From a virus, in the IMG/VR virus record IMGVR_UViG_3300047498_000060, positions 45,052 through 109,051 of that record: a stretch of 64,000 nucleotides of DNA; one strand, written 5' to 3'. Below, in pieces: positions 1 through 9,090 of this stretch. The notes under the pieces are model-generated. The model searched no databases. It was not told the origin of the DNA and saw only the letters and a program-made list of their open reading frames with translations. The position numbers were made by a program, and so were the translations under genes. Position 1 is the first letter of the stretch. Each line of letters begins with the position of its first letter.

Positions 1-121
1 GCTTGTCGATGTTGCCGTCGAAGGTGTGGTTCAGGTGGTGTGGGTGCTTGCAGCCTGGGCACAGGATCTCCCAGGCATAGTGCTCCTTGGTGTCGTACCG
101 CTTGATGCTGCGCGTCCTCAT
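1..121 (-). CDS. DUF6527-like metal-binding protein (3' end outside window)
   Basis: Manual translation from ATG 121: MRTRSIKRYDTKEHYAWEILCPGCKHPHHLNHTFDGNIDK; CPGC..H...FDGN.DK pattern; ATGA overlap with upstream stop. Confidence 0.55.
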   Translation of the reverse strand, partial: MRTRSIKRYDTKEHYAWEILCPGCKHPHHLNHTFDGNIDK

Positions 122-564
122 GGCTCGAGGCAACCTTGGTGTAGAAAGCCATGCCAGTTGTTCGTCTGGATGGAGCCAGCCCCGGCCTTGCAGGTATGGC
201 CTGCTTTGTCGACGTGGAGCGTTCCGTCTTCGGGGCTACCGTGCCGGACCCAACATCGGTGGGTTCGTTCATCTTTCATCGTGCAGTTCCCCGCTCTTCC
301 GTCGATCTGCCATGGGTGACCCTCCGGCCAGTCCTTGTCCGGCACCATGCAGATGAGGTGCTTGCCGTCACAGTTGTCCCAGTCGCAGGTGCGCTTGCCG
401 GTGTGGTCCTCGCTGAAGTACACATCCCCCGGCTGGAGCTCAACGGCGGTGCCGTTGGGGAGCGTGTAGCTGTAGGTGGCGAGCTCGTGGCTCTTCTCTC
501 CGTAGCAAGTGGATTCAGAGCAAGGCGCTCTGGTGACGACTTGGATGACGTAGCGGATCTGCAT
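118..564 (-). CDS. Cys/His-rich protein, DUF6527-like C-terminus
   Basis: AAGGAG RBS before ATG 564; C-terminal AGSI....WHGFL..G motif; many Cys/His. Confidence 0.55.
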   Translation of the reverse strand: MQIRYVIQVVTRAPCSESTCYGEKSHELATYSYTLPNGTAVELQPGDVYFSEDHTGKRTCDWDNCDGKHLICMVPDKDWPEGHPWQIDGRAGNCTMKDERTHRCWVRHGSPEDGTLHVDKAGHTCKAGAGSIQTNNWHGFLHQGCLEP

Positions 565-604
565 GGCGCGCTCCTTGGCACACCCCGAGCATACCCCCCT
601 CGGC

Positions 605-793
605 ATGCCGCTCCTCTACCACGTGGTCATCGCCCTTGTTCTCGCGGGGCTCGTGTTGTGGGCCATCACGCAGTTCCCGCTCGACGCCACCATCGCGAAG
701 ATCATCCGCGTGGTGGTCATCGTCGCCGTGGTGCTCTGGTTGCTCGGGGCCTTCTTCGGCTTCCCCGAGCTTGGGGCATATCGCTACAGGTGA
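605..793 (+). CDS. Small two-TM membrane protein (Thivi_2564-like)
   Basis: Two hydrophobic helices linked by PLDATIAKII; typical VVIVAVVLWLL pattern. Confidence 0.6.
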   Translation: MPLLYHVVIALVLAGLVLWAITQFPLDATIAKIIRVVVIVAVVLWLLGAFFGFPELGAYRYR

Positions 794-804
794 GGCGAGA
801 ACGA

Positions 805-1707
805 CTAGCTGCTTTCTTTTTCGCGCAGCTGCCGGACCAGCCCCTTCGACACGCCGTACTTACGTGCTAACGCACCGTGGCTGAGAGTGGACGTCTTTAG
901 TTCAGCACGTAACGCCGCACGTTCTGCAACCGGTCGCCTGTTCATGTCACGAACGGGGGTCGTTACTATGTCGTCTATTGACCAGCCCTTTTTTAGCCGG
1001 TCGATTATCACGGAATCGGTCAGGTTGAAGGCTTCGCACATCTCCGCACGAGTCAGTTCCACGCCGGCGTATTCGTACTTCAAAGCGCGCGCCTTGTTTC
1101 TGTTCGTCTTGCCACAACCGCACGAGGTGGTGGGTTTGTCAGTACGTGTGAGCTCGTAGTAGCTGACACGCACGTCTTTGCCACACGAGCACCTGCACCG
1201 GAAGTAGACTGCCTTTTCATCATCCGGCGCCAGCACAGTAAGGTCGCCCATCCGGCGACCGCGGGTCATCTCCTGCCGCCTTCGGGTCTCTGCGCCCAGG
1301 CGGCTCTTCATGCGAGGAACGCAGTTCAAACAGCTGGTAGCTTTCCCGTGTCGAAGACGGTAAAGGTCGACCTGCCGCTCACCGCCGCAGTCGCAGCGAC
1401 AGAGCCAGTGTCGCTTCTCCCCTTTCACGGTGAAGGAAACGGCCACCAGTTTGCCGAAACGCTGCCCTGCGATGTCCATCGGCATTGATACCGGCGTCTG
1501 ACCACGCATGCACCCGCATGTTCGTAGCGTGCCACGTAGCAGTGAGGACACGCGCTTCCAACAAGTAGCACCGCAGGCTTCGCAGAGGACTTGCACCTCG
1601 GGATACGGGTACTTTATCCCTTTGTAGTGGTGTAGGCGCGTTGCCGCATCGACGACGACCAACCTCCCACATCGAAAGCCCTTGGGTACAAAGGATTGTC
1701 GTGTCAT
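805..1707 (-). CDS. Homing-endonuclease-derived DNA-binding protein: three Cys4 modules, no HNH core, C-terminal HTH
   Basis: Three G.RFG.L.V...C.C.CG...SC.C repeats, then YAGVELT..RLKKGW module and ALARKYGVS HTH; ATGA overlap with helicase stop. Confidence 0.7.
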   Translation of the reverse strand: MTRQSFVPKGFRCGRLVVVDAATRLHHYKGIKYPYPEVQVLCEACGATCWKRVSSLLRGTLRTCGCMRGQTPVSMPMDIAGQRFGKLVAVSFTVKGEKRHWLCRCDCGGERQVDLYRLRHGKATSCLNCVPRMKSRLGAETRRRQEMTRGRRMGDLTVLAPDDEKAVYFRCRCSCGKDVRVSYYELTRTDKPTTSCGCGKTNRNKARALKYEYAGVELTRAEMCEAFNLTDSVIIDRLKKGWSIDDIVTTPVRDMNRRPVAERAALRAELKTSTLSHGALARKYGVSKGLVRQLREKESS

Positions 1708-3050
1708 ATCAACACCGCCTGCAAGCGCTCCTTGTACTTCTGCAGGTAGGCATCTGCCCACGACGCGGGAAGACCCTTCTTCTTTGCAAAGGCGCGTACA
1801 CGAGCAGACTGCTCACGGTAGCCCAGCTCCACTAGCGACGCGCCATTCTCCGGCAGGATGAGACGCCGCGCTGGTGACGGGAAAGCGTAGCCGCAACCAG
1901 GGCAAACCGTCTCTCCGCAAAGAACCAGCTCGTGGCAGTCGGGGCACTCTTTGACTTCCGACGTCTCTGGCAAAGGCAGGAGAGTACCGCTGAGAGAGAA
2001 GTCGCGGTCAACATAGGGGTACCCGTGCCGAAGAACATTCCCCGCGTGGTCCAGGATTTTGGCTGGTGAACCGCGCCGCTGACAACGCGAGCACTGCTGC
2101 TGGTACACCACGTAACTCAGTGTCGGCCGCGCCATGATGACAACGCGTACCGCCGGGATGTCGACGCCCTCATTCATCAAGTCACAAGACCACAGCACGC
2201 GTGTCTTGCCAGACCTGAAACGCGAAACAATTTCTTTCTGCTCTGCCGCGGTCATGCCGCCGTGGATGTGTTCGGAGACCACGCCGCCAGCGGTGAACTT
2301 TGCGGCAAGGTGCTTTGCATGCAACACAGAGACGGCAAAGCCGAAAGCGCGCTGCCCGCCTGCGCGCTTCTTGTAGTCCTTGAGCGTATCGCCTGCGAGC
2401 TCTTCTCGGTCCATCACGCGCGCCAGAGCCTCCTGGTCATAGTCACCTGCGGCATGCGGCACGTTCGACAGGTCCACTAGCACCCCACCAGCGCCGTAAC
2501 AGGTAGGAGCCACGACCAACCCTTTCCGCAGCAGCTCCTTGTACGTCGCCCCCACAAGGAGCGTGTCGAATGTCGACGCGAAGCCAATCCCGTCATAGCG
2601 AACAGGCGTAGCCGTAGAGCCGCACACGCGCCCGTGCGGGTGGCTCGCCACAATGTCCTGGTAGGTGCGGGCGGCAGCATGGTGGGTCTCCGCAATGAAG
2701 ACGTGGTCTGCGCGCTCTAGGTCGCGTCGGCTGTAGGCCTGTACGCCGGCAACACAAACCGCCATGTAATCCGGCAGCTGGTTACGGCCGAAACCGACAA
2801 TACCAATGCGCTCACGAGGAATGCCGTAAGCCGTGAGATGTTCGAGAGTCTGGTTCATGAGCAGCTCGCGGTGAACCAGCATCAGAGAGGTTCTGCCGGC
2901 ACGCAAAGCCCGCGCCGCTAGACCCACGTCCATGTAGGTCTTGCCGCTCCCGCCTGGGGAGGAGATGAGTACGTTCTTGCCTGCTTCACTCAGTGCCCAG
3001 GCCTTCTTGATGGTCCGCTTCTGATGCGGATAAAGAGATTCTTCGTTCAT
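1704..3050 (-). CDS. SF2 DEAD/DEAH-like helicase with C-terminal Zn ribbon
   Basis: PGGSGKT Walker A, ETHHAAA variant of motif II, SATP motif III, LMNEGVDIP, QQCSRCQR, ILDHAGN, CPDC...CPGCG; AGGAG RBS. Confidence 0.9.
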   Translation of the reverse strand: MNEESLYPHQKRTIKKAWALSEAGKNVLISSPGGSGKTYMDVGLAARALRAGRTSLMLVHRELLMNQTLEHLTAYGIPRERIGIVGFGRNQLPDYMAVCVAGVQAYSRRDLERADHVFIAETHHAAARTYQDIVASHPHGRVCGSTATPVRYDGIGFASTFDTLLVGATYKELLRKGLVVAPTCYGAGGVLVDLSNVPHAAGDYDQEALARVMDREELAGDTLKDYKKRAGGQRAFGFAVSVLHAKHLAAKFTAGGVVSEHIHGGMTAAEQKEIVSRFRSGKTRVLWSCDLMNEGVDIPAVRVVIMARPTLSYVVYQQQCSRCQRRGSPAKILDHAGNVLRHGYPYVDRDFSLSGTLLPLPETSEVKECPDCHELVLCGETVCPGCGYAFPSPARRLILPENGASLVELGYREQSARVRAFAKKKGLPASWADAYLQKYKERLQAVLI

Positions 3051-3058
3051 GTATTCTC

Positions 3059-4354
3059 CTACCGAACAACAATGAGGTACTTCGAGCATCTCGTGATGGC
3101 AGTGTAGAGCGCGCGCTTCTTCGTCTCCGCGTCCATGTGTCCCGTGGGCTTGTCCACCACGATGACGTAGGTGAACTGACTGCCCTGGCTCTTGTGCACG
3201 GTGAGCGCGTAGCCGAAGTCGAAGAGCATGCCGATGCTCTCCCAGTCGCGCACACGATAGTCGGCCGCATCCTCGTACTCGTCGAAGTCGCGGATGGTCG
3301 CCTCGCGATTGAACTGGACCTTGCTGATGAGTCCCTCGACCATCAGCTCGTCGTCCTCGAAGAGCACCTGCGCGTAGTAGTGGAGCTTCGTCTCGCGCTT
3401 CTTCGAGAGCTGCACCACGACGCCGCGCATCCCGTTGAAGACGGTGTGCGCGATGTTCTTCAGGCAGATGACCTGGTCACCTACCTGGAGCTCGTCGGTG
3501 TAGTGGACGTCCCACGCGGCCCTGCGCGCCATGCCGTTCAAGGCCACGCGCTCTCGGTTGGTGTTCGTGAGGATGGCCACGTCGTTGTAGGTGGCCTTCT
3601 GCCCGAAGAGCTGGCTCACCACCGTCTCGAGCTGGGACATCCCCACGATCTGCACCTCACGCGTGGGCGTGTTGTAGCTGTGGTTGTGGGGGATGAAGCC
3701 CTTGCGTCGGACCTCGTCGCTGAGTGCGAGGATGGGGCTACCCTGTGCCTGGCGGTGGATGGTCTCGAGGCGTAGGTCAGGGTCCTCCATCAGGTTGAAC
3801 TTGCCGTACACCGGCGGCAGCTGCCCGTGGTCGCCCACCGCCAAGATGGGGATGCCGAACTGATGGAGCGCATCGTAGAGTCGCTCGTCCACCATCGAGG
3901 CCTCGTCCACGACGATGAGGTCGAGCCCAGGCTTCTTGCGCGACACCCATCCCGTCACGCGTCCCGTGTTCTCGTCGACCACGGGGATGTAGAGGAGCGA
4001 GTGGAGCGTGCTGATGGTGTGGTTGGAGTACTGGCTGTTGGCGTCCTGGAGCTTGCGACGCAGTACGCCCGTGGCCTTGCCTGTGAAGGCAGAGAAGCCC
4101 ACGGGCTGACGCTTGTAACGACCTGCGAGGAGGGACACTAGCGTCGACTTGCCTGAGCCGGCGTACCCACCCAAGGTGAGCAGGCCGCCGCTCATGTGCT
4201 TGCCGTACCACCTGCAGACCTTCTCGAACACCTCGCGCTGCTCATCGCTGAGCATGCTCTCGTCGAGGACCCGCTTGTGGCCCACGCTGTCGTTGCTCTT
4301 CTTGGGTACGTGCGTGAACTTGTACGGGCTGTTCTCGGTCTGCTTGTGCATCAC
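3059..4354 (-). CDS. SF1B RecD/Dda-like helicase
   Basis: GYAGSGKST, VVDEASMV, GDHGQLPPV, IHRQ, YALTVHKSQGSQF. Confidence 0.93.
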   Translation of the reverse strand: MMHKQTENSPYKFTHVPKKSNDSVGHKRVLDESMLSDEQREVFEKVCRWYGKHMSGGLLTLGGYAGSGKSTLVSLLAGRYKRQPVGFSAFTGKATGVLRRKLQDANSQYSNHTISTLHSLLYIPVVDENTGRVTGWVSRKKPGLDLIVVDEASMVDERLYDALHQFGIPILAVGDHGQLPPVYGKFNLMEDPDLRLETIHRQAQGSPILALSDEVRRKGFIPHNHSYNTPTREVQIVGMSQLETVVSQLFGQKATYNDVAILTNTNRERVALNGMARRAAWDVHYTDELQVGDQVICLKNIAHTVFNGMRGVVVQLSKKRETKLHYYAQVLFEDDELMVEGLISKVQFNREATIRDFDEYEDAADYRVRDWESIGMLFDFGYALTVHKSQGSQFTYVIVVDKPTGHMDAETKKRALYTAITRCSKYLIVVR

Positions 4355-4548
4355 GGCTTCCAGCTCGTGAAGTCCTCGGGGTCCATCAGGTTGAGGCCCA
4401 TCTTCTTCTTCAAGAAGTTGTAGGTCTTTTGCTGCGTGCCCTTGTCGGCCTCGAGGGCTTCGGTCAGCCAGTCCTTCTCGGCCTGGCGCTGCTTCGGGTC
4501 CTCGGAGAGGTCGAGGTTCTCGCTGAACAGCACGTAGTCGTCACTCAT
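4351..4548 (-). CDS. Hypothetical protein
   Basis: ATGA-coupled both sides, biased codon usage. Confidence 0.6.
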   Translation of the reverse strand: MSDDYVLFSENLDLSEDPKQRQAEKDWLTEALEADKGTQQKTYNFLKKKMGLNLMDPEDFTSWKP

Positions 4549-4982
4549 CGCTTCTTCTTTCTCTTCGTCTTGGGCTCGTAGCCGAGTAGCTCGGATCCGA
4601 GCATCAGAACTTCATGGGGGAACTCGCCGGCGAGCTCCTTGTTGTGGATGACATCGAGCAGCACGCGGATGATGGTGCGGTACCCGAACGTGTGCACGTC
4701 AGGAGCATCCTGCTGCCCGATGACATTGGCGAACTTCGCGGACTGCAGGAAGAACTGCCCCACCGGAGAGCCGAGCCACTGGATGACCGCGGCGGCTGCG
4801 GTGGCTTGCTTCTGCGTTGGCTTTCGCGGGCTATGCTGGTGCTCCGGGTCGAGCAAGTAGGCGAGCGTACTGAAGCCACCGCCGCGTTCGTTGTGCTCCT
4901 CCCAGAGCTGGGCGAACAACTCCTCTGCCGGGTTGTCGGCGAATCGGTACCTACTAGGCCCGTGATGCTTCAACTTAGGCAT
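4545..4982 (-). CDS. Hypothetical protein
   Basis: AGGAG RBS before ATG 4982; coupled to downstream gene. Confidence 0.65.
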   Translation of the reverse strand: MPKLKHHGPSRYRFADNPAEELFAQLWEEHNERGGGFSTLAYLLDPEHQHSPRKPTQKQATAAAAVIQWLGSPVGQFFLQSAKFANVIGQQDAPDVHTFGYRTIIRVLLDVIHNKELAGEFPHEVLMLGSELLGYEPKTKRKKKR

Positions 4983-5295
4983 GGTGATCTCCTGGTGAGA
5001 CAAAGAGCTTCTGCAGCTCCGCGTTCGTCGTGTTGATGATGTCCTTGCGGTACGCATGCCTGCCAATGAGGTCCTCGCTGTACGCGCTCACATGGAGGCT
5101 CTCAGGCGTGAGCCACAGTTTCCCGCCCATCCCGAGGTTCCCCATGAAGCGGAACTCCCAGGTCCCGTAGTTGTCTCGGATGTTCCACTCGAGCATCTTG
5201 TACATGAACTGCTCACGCATCGACTCCGAGGCGCCGGCGTGCTCCACGAGCACGTTGAAGATCTTCTCGAACAACTCGTATGCCCCTAACCGCAT
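4975..5295 (-). CDS. Hypothetical protein
   Basis: ORF tiles operon, GC3-rich. Confidence 0.6.
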   Translation of the reverse strand: MRLGAYELFEKIFNVLVEHAGASESMREQFMYKMLEWNIRDNYGTWEFRFMGNLGMGGKLWLTPESLHVSAYSEDLIGRHAYRKDIINTTNAELQKLFVSPGDHHA

Positions 5296-5322
5296 GGGTC
5301 CCTCGCGAGGCTAACAACAGCG

Positions 5323-5336
5323 GGGCTTACGCCCCT
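5323..5336 (-). terminator. Short hairpin GGGGC-GTAA-GCCCC followed by GTTAGC
   Basis: 5-bp stem with GNRA loop at end of 5335-5619 ORF. Confidence 0.45.
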
Positions 5337-5619
5337 AACTTGTTCTTTTAGATCGATGCCTACCTGGTTGATCAGTGGAAAGTGCCTCGCAGTTTTGTGT
5401 TTCGACCTCGTTGTCTATTGCTCGCAACGCGGCGTCACGTTGCACGCTTGTTAGCGGTATGGGTACTACTAGCGCGCTACTGCCTTCAGCCAGTCTCCCG
5501 AATCGCATCACTCTCTTTACGCGTAAGGGTGCATTACCTGATGCTACGGAATCTTTCTTTTGACCTCCGTCTTCTGAGAATAACAAGAACCTCCAGACAG
5601 CCGTTGGTGTCTGCCTCAT
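5335..5619 (-). CDS. Possible hypothetical protein (lower GC)
   Basis: ATG 5619 sits at the RTG position of the promoter-like motif (5624-5632); atypical codon usage. Confidence 0.35.
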   Translation of the reverse strand: MRQTPTAVWRFLLFSEDGGQKKDSVASGNAPLRVKRVMRFGRLAEGSSALVVPIPLTSVQRDAALRAIDNEVETQNCEALSTDQPGRHRSKRTS

Positions 5620-5671
5620 GATCCTTGTCCCGCGTAGCGGGTGGTTCTTGCCGAGAGCTAAGAGAACAAAG

Positions 5672-5689
5672 AGCGAGCCGAAGCTCGCC
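5672..5689 (-). terminator. Intrinsic terminator, cUUCGg hairpin plus CTTAGC tail
   Basis: Minus strand GGCGAGC-TTCG-GCTCGCT then CTTTGTTCTCTTAGC. Confidence 0.75.
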
Positions 5690-5695
5690 CCTGTT

Positions 5696-6220
5696 TCACT
5701 TCCTCTCTTGAGCGAGGAGCTCACGCACACGTTCGAGCTCCTCGCTCGTGTGCGCAACGCCTCCCTCGTTCAAGTCCAAGTACCACTGGAGTGTTTCGGC
5801 GCGCGTGTCTAGGTCGTTCACGTGCCACTTGAAGCTGGTTTGCGTGATGCGAAGGTTGTCGATGTAGTCCTTGAACCGATGCTTGCCGAAGATGACCAGC
5901 TCGTTGCGCAGGAACTTAGTCACAGCTTGGAGGCGCTGCTTGCCGTCCACGAGAACGAAGTCCTTGATGCCTCCATTGTGCCAGCGTGGGCAGTTCGTGT
6001 AGATGTCCTTGCCGCTGTTACCTCCGCGCAGGATGAACTCGACGTAGCGCACCTGCTTCTGCTCATCCCACACATGAGCACGCTGGAAGTCAGGGTCCAG
6101 GTTGAGCCCATCCTTCTCGGTGTAGCCCCTCAACGCCTCGAGGAGATAGCTCCATGAGATGTCGACCTGGTAGTTCGCGGTTCGGGTGAACTGCGGGATG
6201 TCGCGAAAGCGCGCCATCAC
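5696..6220 (-). CDS. Stand-alone DUF262 (ParB-like, GmrSD N-terminal) protein
   Basis: LDPDFQRAHVW and VLVDGKQRL motifs. Confidence 0.85.
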   Translation of the reverse strand: MMARFRDIPQFTRTANYQVDISWSYLLEALRGYTEKDGLNLDPDFQRAHVWDEQKQVRYVEFILRGGNSGKDIYTNCPRWHNGGIKDFVLVDGKQRLQAVTKFLRNELVIFGKHRFKDYIDNLRITQTSFKWHVNDLDTRAETLQWYLDLNEGGVAHTSEELERVRELLAQERK

Positions 6221-6943
6221 CTAGTGCCCGTGGTTGCAGCCCAGAATGTACTTCCTGCCATCAGGTCCATCGAGCACCTCCTCGTAGCTGCCGCAGCAGC
6301 CCTCGTCTCGCTGCTTCTTGAAGCGACGTATCTGGCTCGGACTCTTGAGCAGTGCCACGCGCTGATTGTCCATACACTCGAGCCCTAGGTTGTGGAGGTG
6401 ACAGCCTGCCCAGCGCGCGATGTTGCTCGGCAGTACGTCGTCCCAGTCCTTCTTCCGGCTCGCACAGCGTGCGGCTGCAATGGCCTCACGCGCTGCGACC
6501 CAGAAGACGTGCATGGCCCTGTCCGTGGAGCGTAGGTGCGGCAGCGCCTTCATGTTGTCGGCCGTGGACAGCTTGAGATCCACGGGCCCGAGCTCGATTC
6601 TCATCTCGGGATGAATGAAGGCGTGCTTCTCGTCTCTCCACATCCAACGCAAGGACAGCGTGGTGCGGTCCACGCATAAGAAGAACCGCTGTCCGTAGCC
6701 ACCCTCGAGAGCTGACGGCTGCTTGGCCATCGGGGTGAACTTCACGGGCCGTTTGAGCTTGGTCGTCTGCTGTCGAATCTCCGCGAAGATGATGGGCATG
6801 TCCGTCGGATCATCCAACCTGAACTGTCCCTCGCGCCGTGCCCACTTCGCCGGGCGTAGCAAGGCGCTGGTCTGGTGCATGGCCCGGCGCTTGTACTCAG
6901 CCGGGTCCACGACCATCCATACCATCGAGCTCGCGTTCGACAA
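6221..6943 (-). CDS. Hypothetical phage protein
   Basis: Long ORF, C-terminal GCCG..GCNHGH motif; start uncertain. Confidence 0.6.
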   Translation of the reverse strand: MSNASSMVWMVVDPAEYKRRAMHQTSALLRPAKWARREGQFRLDDPTDMPIIFAEIRQQTTKLKRPVKFTPMAKQPSALEGGYGQRFFLCVDRTTLSLRWMWRDEKHAFIHPEMRIELGPVDLKLSTADNMKALPHLRSTDRAMHVFWVAAREAIAAARCASRKKDWDDVLPSNIARWAGCHLHNLGLECMDNQRVALLKSPSQIRRFKKQRDEGCCGSYEEVLDGPDGRKYILGCNHGH

Positions 6944-7178
6944 GCGCCTGCGCCTCGAAGCGGCTCAACGAATGGTCACGTAGTCCCTTGCGCGTTCGGC
7001 GCATCGTCTCGAGGAACTTGTTGCAGCGATTCTGGGTGTTCGTGAGGTTCGTCAGCATCGCCTGGTACTCGGGGTGAGCACGCACCCGAGCAAGGTCTGC
7101 CGGTTCACAGGGCAGGTGGTCACGGTAATCCTCGGCTGTGCGGAACAATCGTCCGCAAGAACACTCGTTCAACTCCAT
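6897..7178 (-). CDS. Hypothetical protein (C2H-type N-terminus, coiled coil)
   Basis: AGGAG RBS; CSCGRLF...HLPC. Confidence 0.55.
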   Translation of the reverse strand: MELNECSCGRLFRTAEDYRDHLPCEPADLARVRAHPEYQAMLTNLTNTQNRCNKFLETMRRTRKGLRDHSLSRFEAQALVERELDGMDGRGPG

Positions 7179-7189
7179 GGGTCTCCTGA

Positions 7190-7645
7190 CTAGAGCGGGA
7201 CGATGGACAGGACAATCTTGAAGATCGCCGCTGCAGGCCCCGCGTACTGTTCGCACTTCTTGAGGATGTCGCAGATCTTCTCCCACCCGGACTTCTCGGT
7301 GACGAGGCCCGTGTCGAGGTAGGTCTGCACGATGGCTTGAAGCTCGGCGGGTGAGGCCTTCTTCAGGCCCACCACGTCGGCTGCCTTGAGCGGGGTCTCC
7401 TGCTCGATGGCGACGATCATCTCCTGCTCGCTGAACAACTCTTCGGCCATAGCCATTCTCCTCAGCTGGGCGGCCACCCGGCCCCGGGTGTCCTTGGTTA
7501 CCCCGCCATCATAGAGAAGGAGCTCGATGGTCGTCTTCGAGGTCCGGAAGAGTCGTGCGACACGCGTCTCACCGAGTTCAGCGCGCAGCCTTCTTAGCCG
7601 GTCTCTTTCGCTCGGTTCGAGCTTCAGGTCGCGGGACTGGGGCAT
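7190..7645 (-). CDS. Hypothetical protein, HTH-like N-terminus with internal in-frame RBS/start
   Basis: AAGGAG before ATG 7645; second GAGGAG-ATG before MAMAEELF. Confidence 0.6.
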   Translation of the reverse strand: MPQSRDLKLEPSERDRLRRLRAELGETRVARLFRTSKTTIELLLYDGGVTKDTRGRVAAQLRRMAMAEELFSEQEMIVAIEQETPLKAADVVGLKKASPAELQAIVQTYLDTGLVTEKSGWEKICDILKKCEQYAGPAAAIFKIVLSIVPL

Positions 7646-7898
7646 AGAGCTCCTTCATGGGCTTGCGTCCATCACGGATGGCGATGGCTTCCTGGCACCA
7701 GTAGTGCTGGCGGATCTCGTGGATGTGCTGAGGGTTGTGCGGGTTCCAGGGTTTCACGCCCGACAGGTCGAAGGGCGTTGGCTGCCCACAGACGGCCGCG
7801 TGTTCCGGAGGCTCTCCCTGGATGAAGTGAGCGAGCGCGAACTCCTTGTTGCCCTCCTTGTGGGCGAAGATGTACCAACCCTCTTTCTTCTCGCTCAT
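7578..7898 (-). CDS. Hypothetical protein
   Basis: AGGAG RBS, ATGA coupling. Confidence 0.6.
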   Translation of the reverse strand: MSEKKEGWYIFAHKEGNKEFALAHFIQGEPPEHAAVCGQPTPFDLSGVKPWNPHNPQHIHEIRQHYWCQEAIAIRDGRKPMKELYAPVPRPEARTERKRPAKKAAR

Positions 7899-8152
7899 GC
7901 GTCTCCTACTTTCCGTACACCGAGATGACTGCCTTCCTCGTAAACCCGCTTACCTGCGAGACCCACTGCTGGGTAGCCGTTCTTCCCGGGCTTGCCGCCC
8001 AATACATGCGGTGTGGACCATAGGCCCTTCCGTGCGTGGCGACCGCGACGGTACCAGGACCGAACGCGGCCAAGGTTACTGACCTCGTAGCCAACATGGT
8101 CACGGGTAGTGCGCCATTCCTCGGAGGCAAGCTCCGTAGCTGAGAACATCAT
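7895..8152 (-). pseudogene. NUMOD4 homing-endonuclease remnant lacking HNH domain
   Basis: EEWR....GYEVSNLGRVRS NUMOD4 motif; ORF ends before any HNH motif. Confidence 0.75.
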
Positions 8153-9087
8153 GCCGGCTTGTTTTTCAGCAGGGCGAAGTTGTGTTCGTTCGTGAGCTCT
8201 TTGCGGAACTGATGGAACCCCCAGATGTTACCTACGGGGACGTGATCGAACACCCAGCTCATGGCCGCCTTCATCGCCTGACGTTCCCACTCCCGCATCG
8301 TGAGCGCCTGGCACTGATGCTCGAATGGGCTCATGTGGCCGTTGACGAGGATCTTGCCGGCGCGGTCCAGGTCAGCAACGGGAGCGAACTTCCCCTGGTT
8401 CAAGTACGAGACAGCAGCACAACGCCCTGCGGAGACGAGACAGAGCTCGCGGTCGGTCCAGATCCTCTTGGGATCTTCCTCGAAGATGCCCTGAAGCAGC
8501 CCGTCGTCGCTGCCGACGTAGGGAAGGTGCCACTCGCCTGCGGCGAGCTTGCGGGGCTCGCTCTTCTGGTAGGCATCGAGCGCCATGTGCATCGTGCGCT
8601 CGAACTCCGGTTGTGCCATCGGGTCAACGCGGAGAGCCCATGCGTTGTCCCACTCCGTCGCCGTCGCAACCACGGTAGTGAACATCCAGGGCTCGACGAT
8701 GCGATTGGAGATCTGCTTGTGGAGGCCGATCTTCGCGAGCTCGCGTGCAGACTCAAGCATCTGGTTGCGTGCGTGCAACCACTCCTTACGCGCAGCAAAG
8801 CGCGGCGTGATGGCGTGCTCGTCACCGCCATCATCGTCGCTGAGCTCTTCGTTCGCTTGCATGCCAGATTGGTTACGTCCCCAAAACACGGGAAACATCG
8901 GATCTTCCTCAACGCGCTTGAGGAGCTTCTCTACTGGGATCGCTCTGCTGGAGGCGGCGTTCCTGCTGAACATCCTGTGCGTGTTGAACTCCGCCAACAC
9001 GATACGAGGCATAGTCAGCTCGAATGTGGTCACCCGCGCTCCGTTTGGGCCCACTGAATCAAGTATCAACTTCGCGTCATAACCCAT
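8149..9087 (-). CDS. thyX: Flavin-dependent thymidylate synthase (phage-type ThyX/Thy1)
   Basis: TTFEL..PRIVLAEFNTHRMFSRNAASSRAIP; QPE; GHMSPFEH. Confidence 0.88.
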   Translation of the reverse strand: MGYDAKLILDSVGPNGARVTTFELTMPRIVLAEFNTHRMFSRNAASSRAIPVEKLLKRVEEDPMFPVFWGRNQSGMQANEELSDDDGGDEHAITPRFAARKEWLHARNQMLESARELAKIGLHKQISNRIVEPWMFTTVVATATEWDNAWALRVDPMAQPEFERTMHMALDAYQKSEPRKLAAGEWHLPYVGSDDGLLQGIFEEDPKRIWTDRELCLVSAGRCAAVSYLNQGKFAPVADLDRAGKILVNGHMSPFEHQCQALTMREWERQAMKAAMSWVFDHVPVGNIWGFHQFRKELTNEHNFALLKNKPA

Positions 9088-9090
9088 GTC

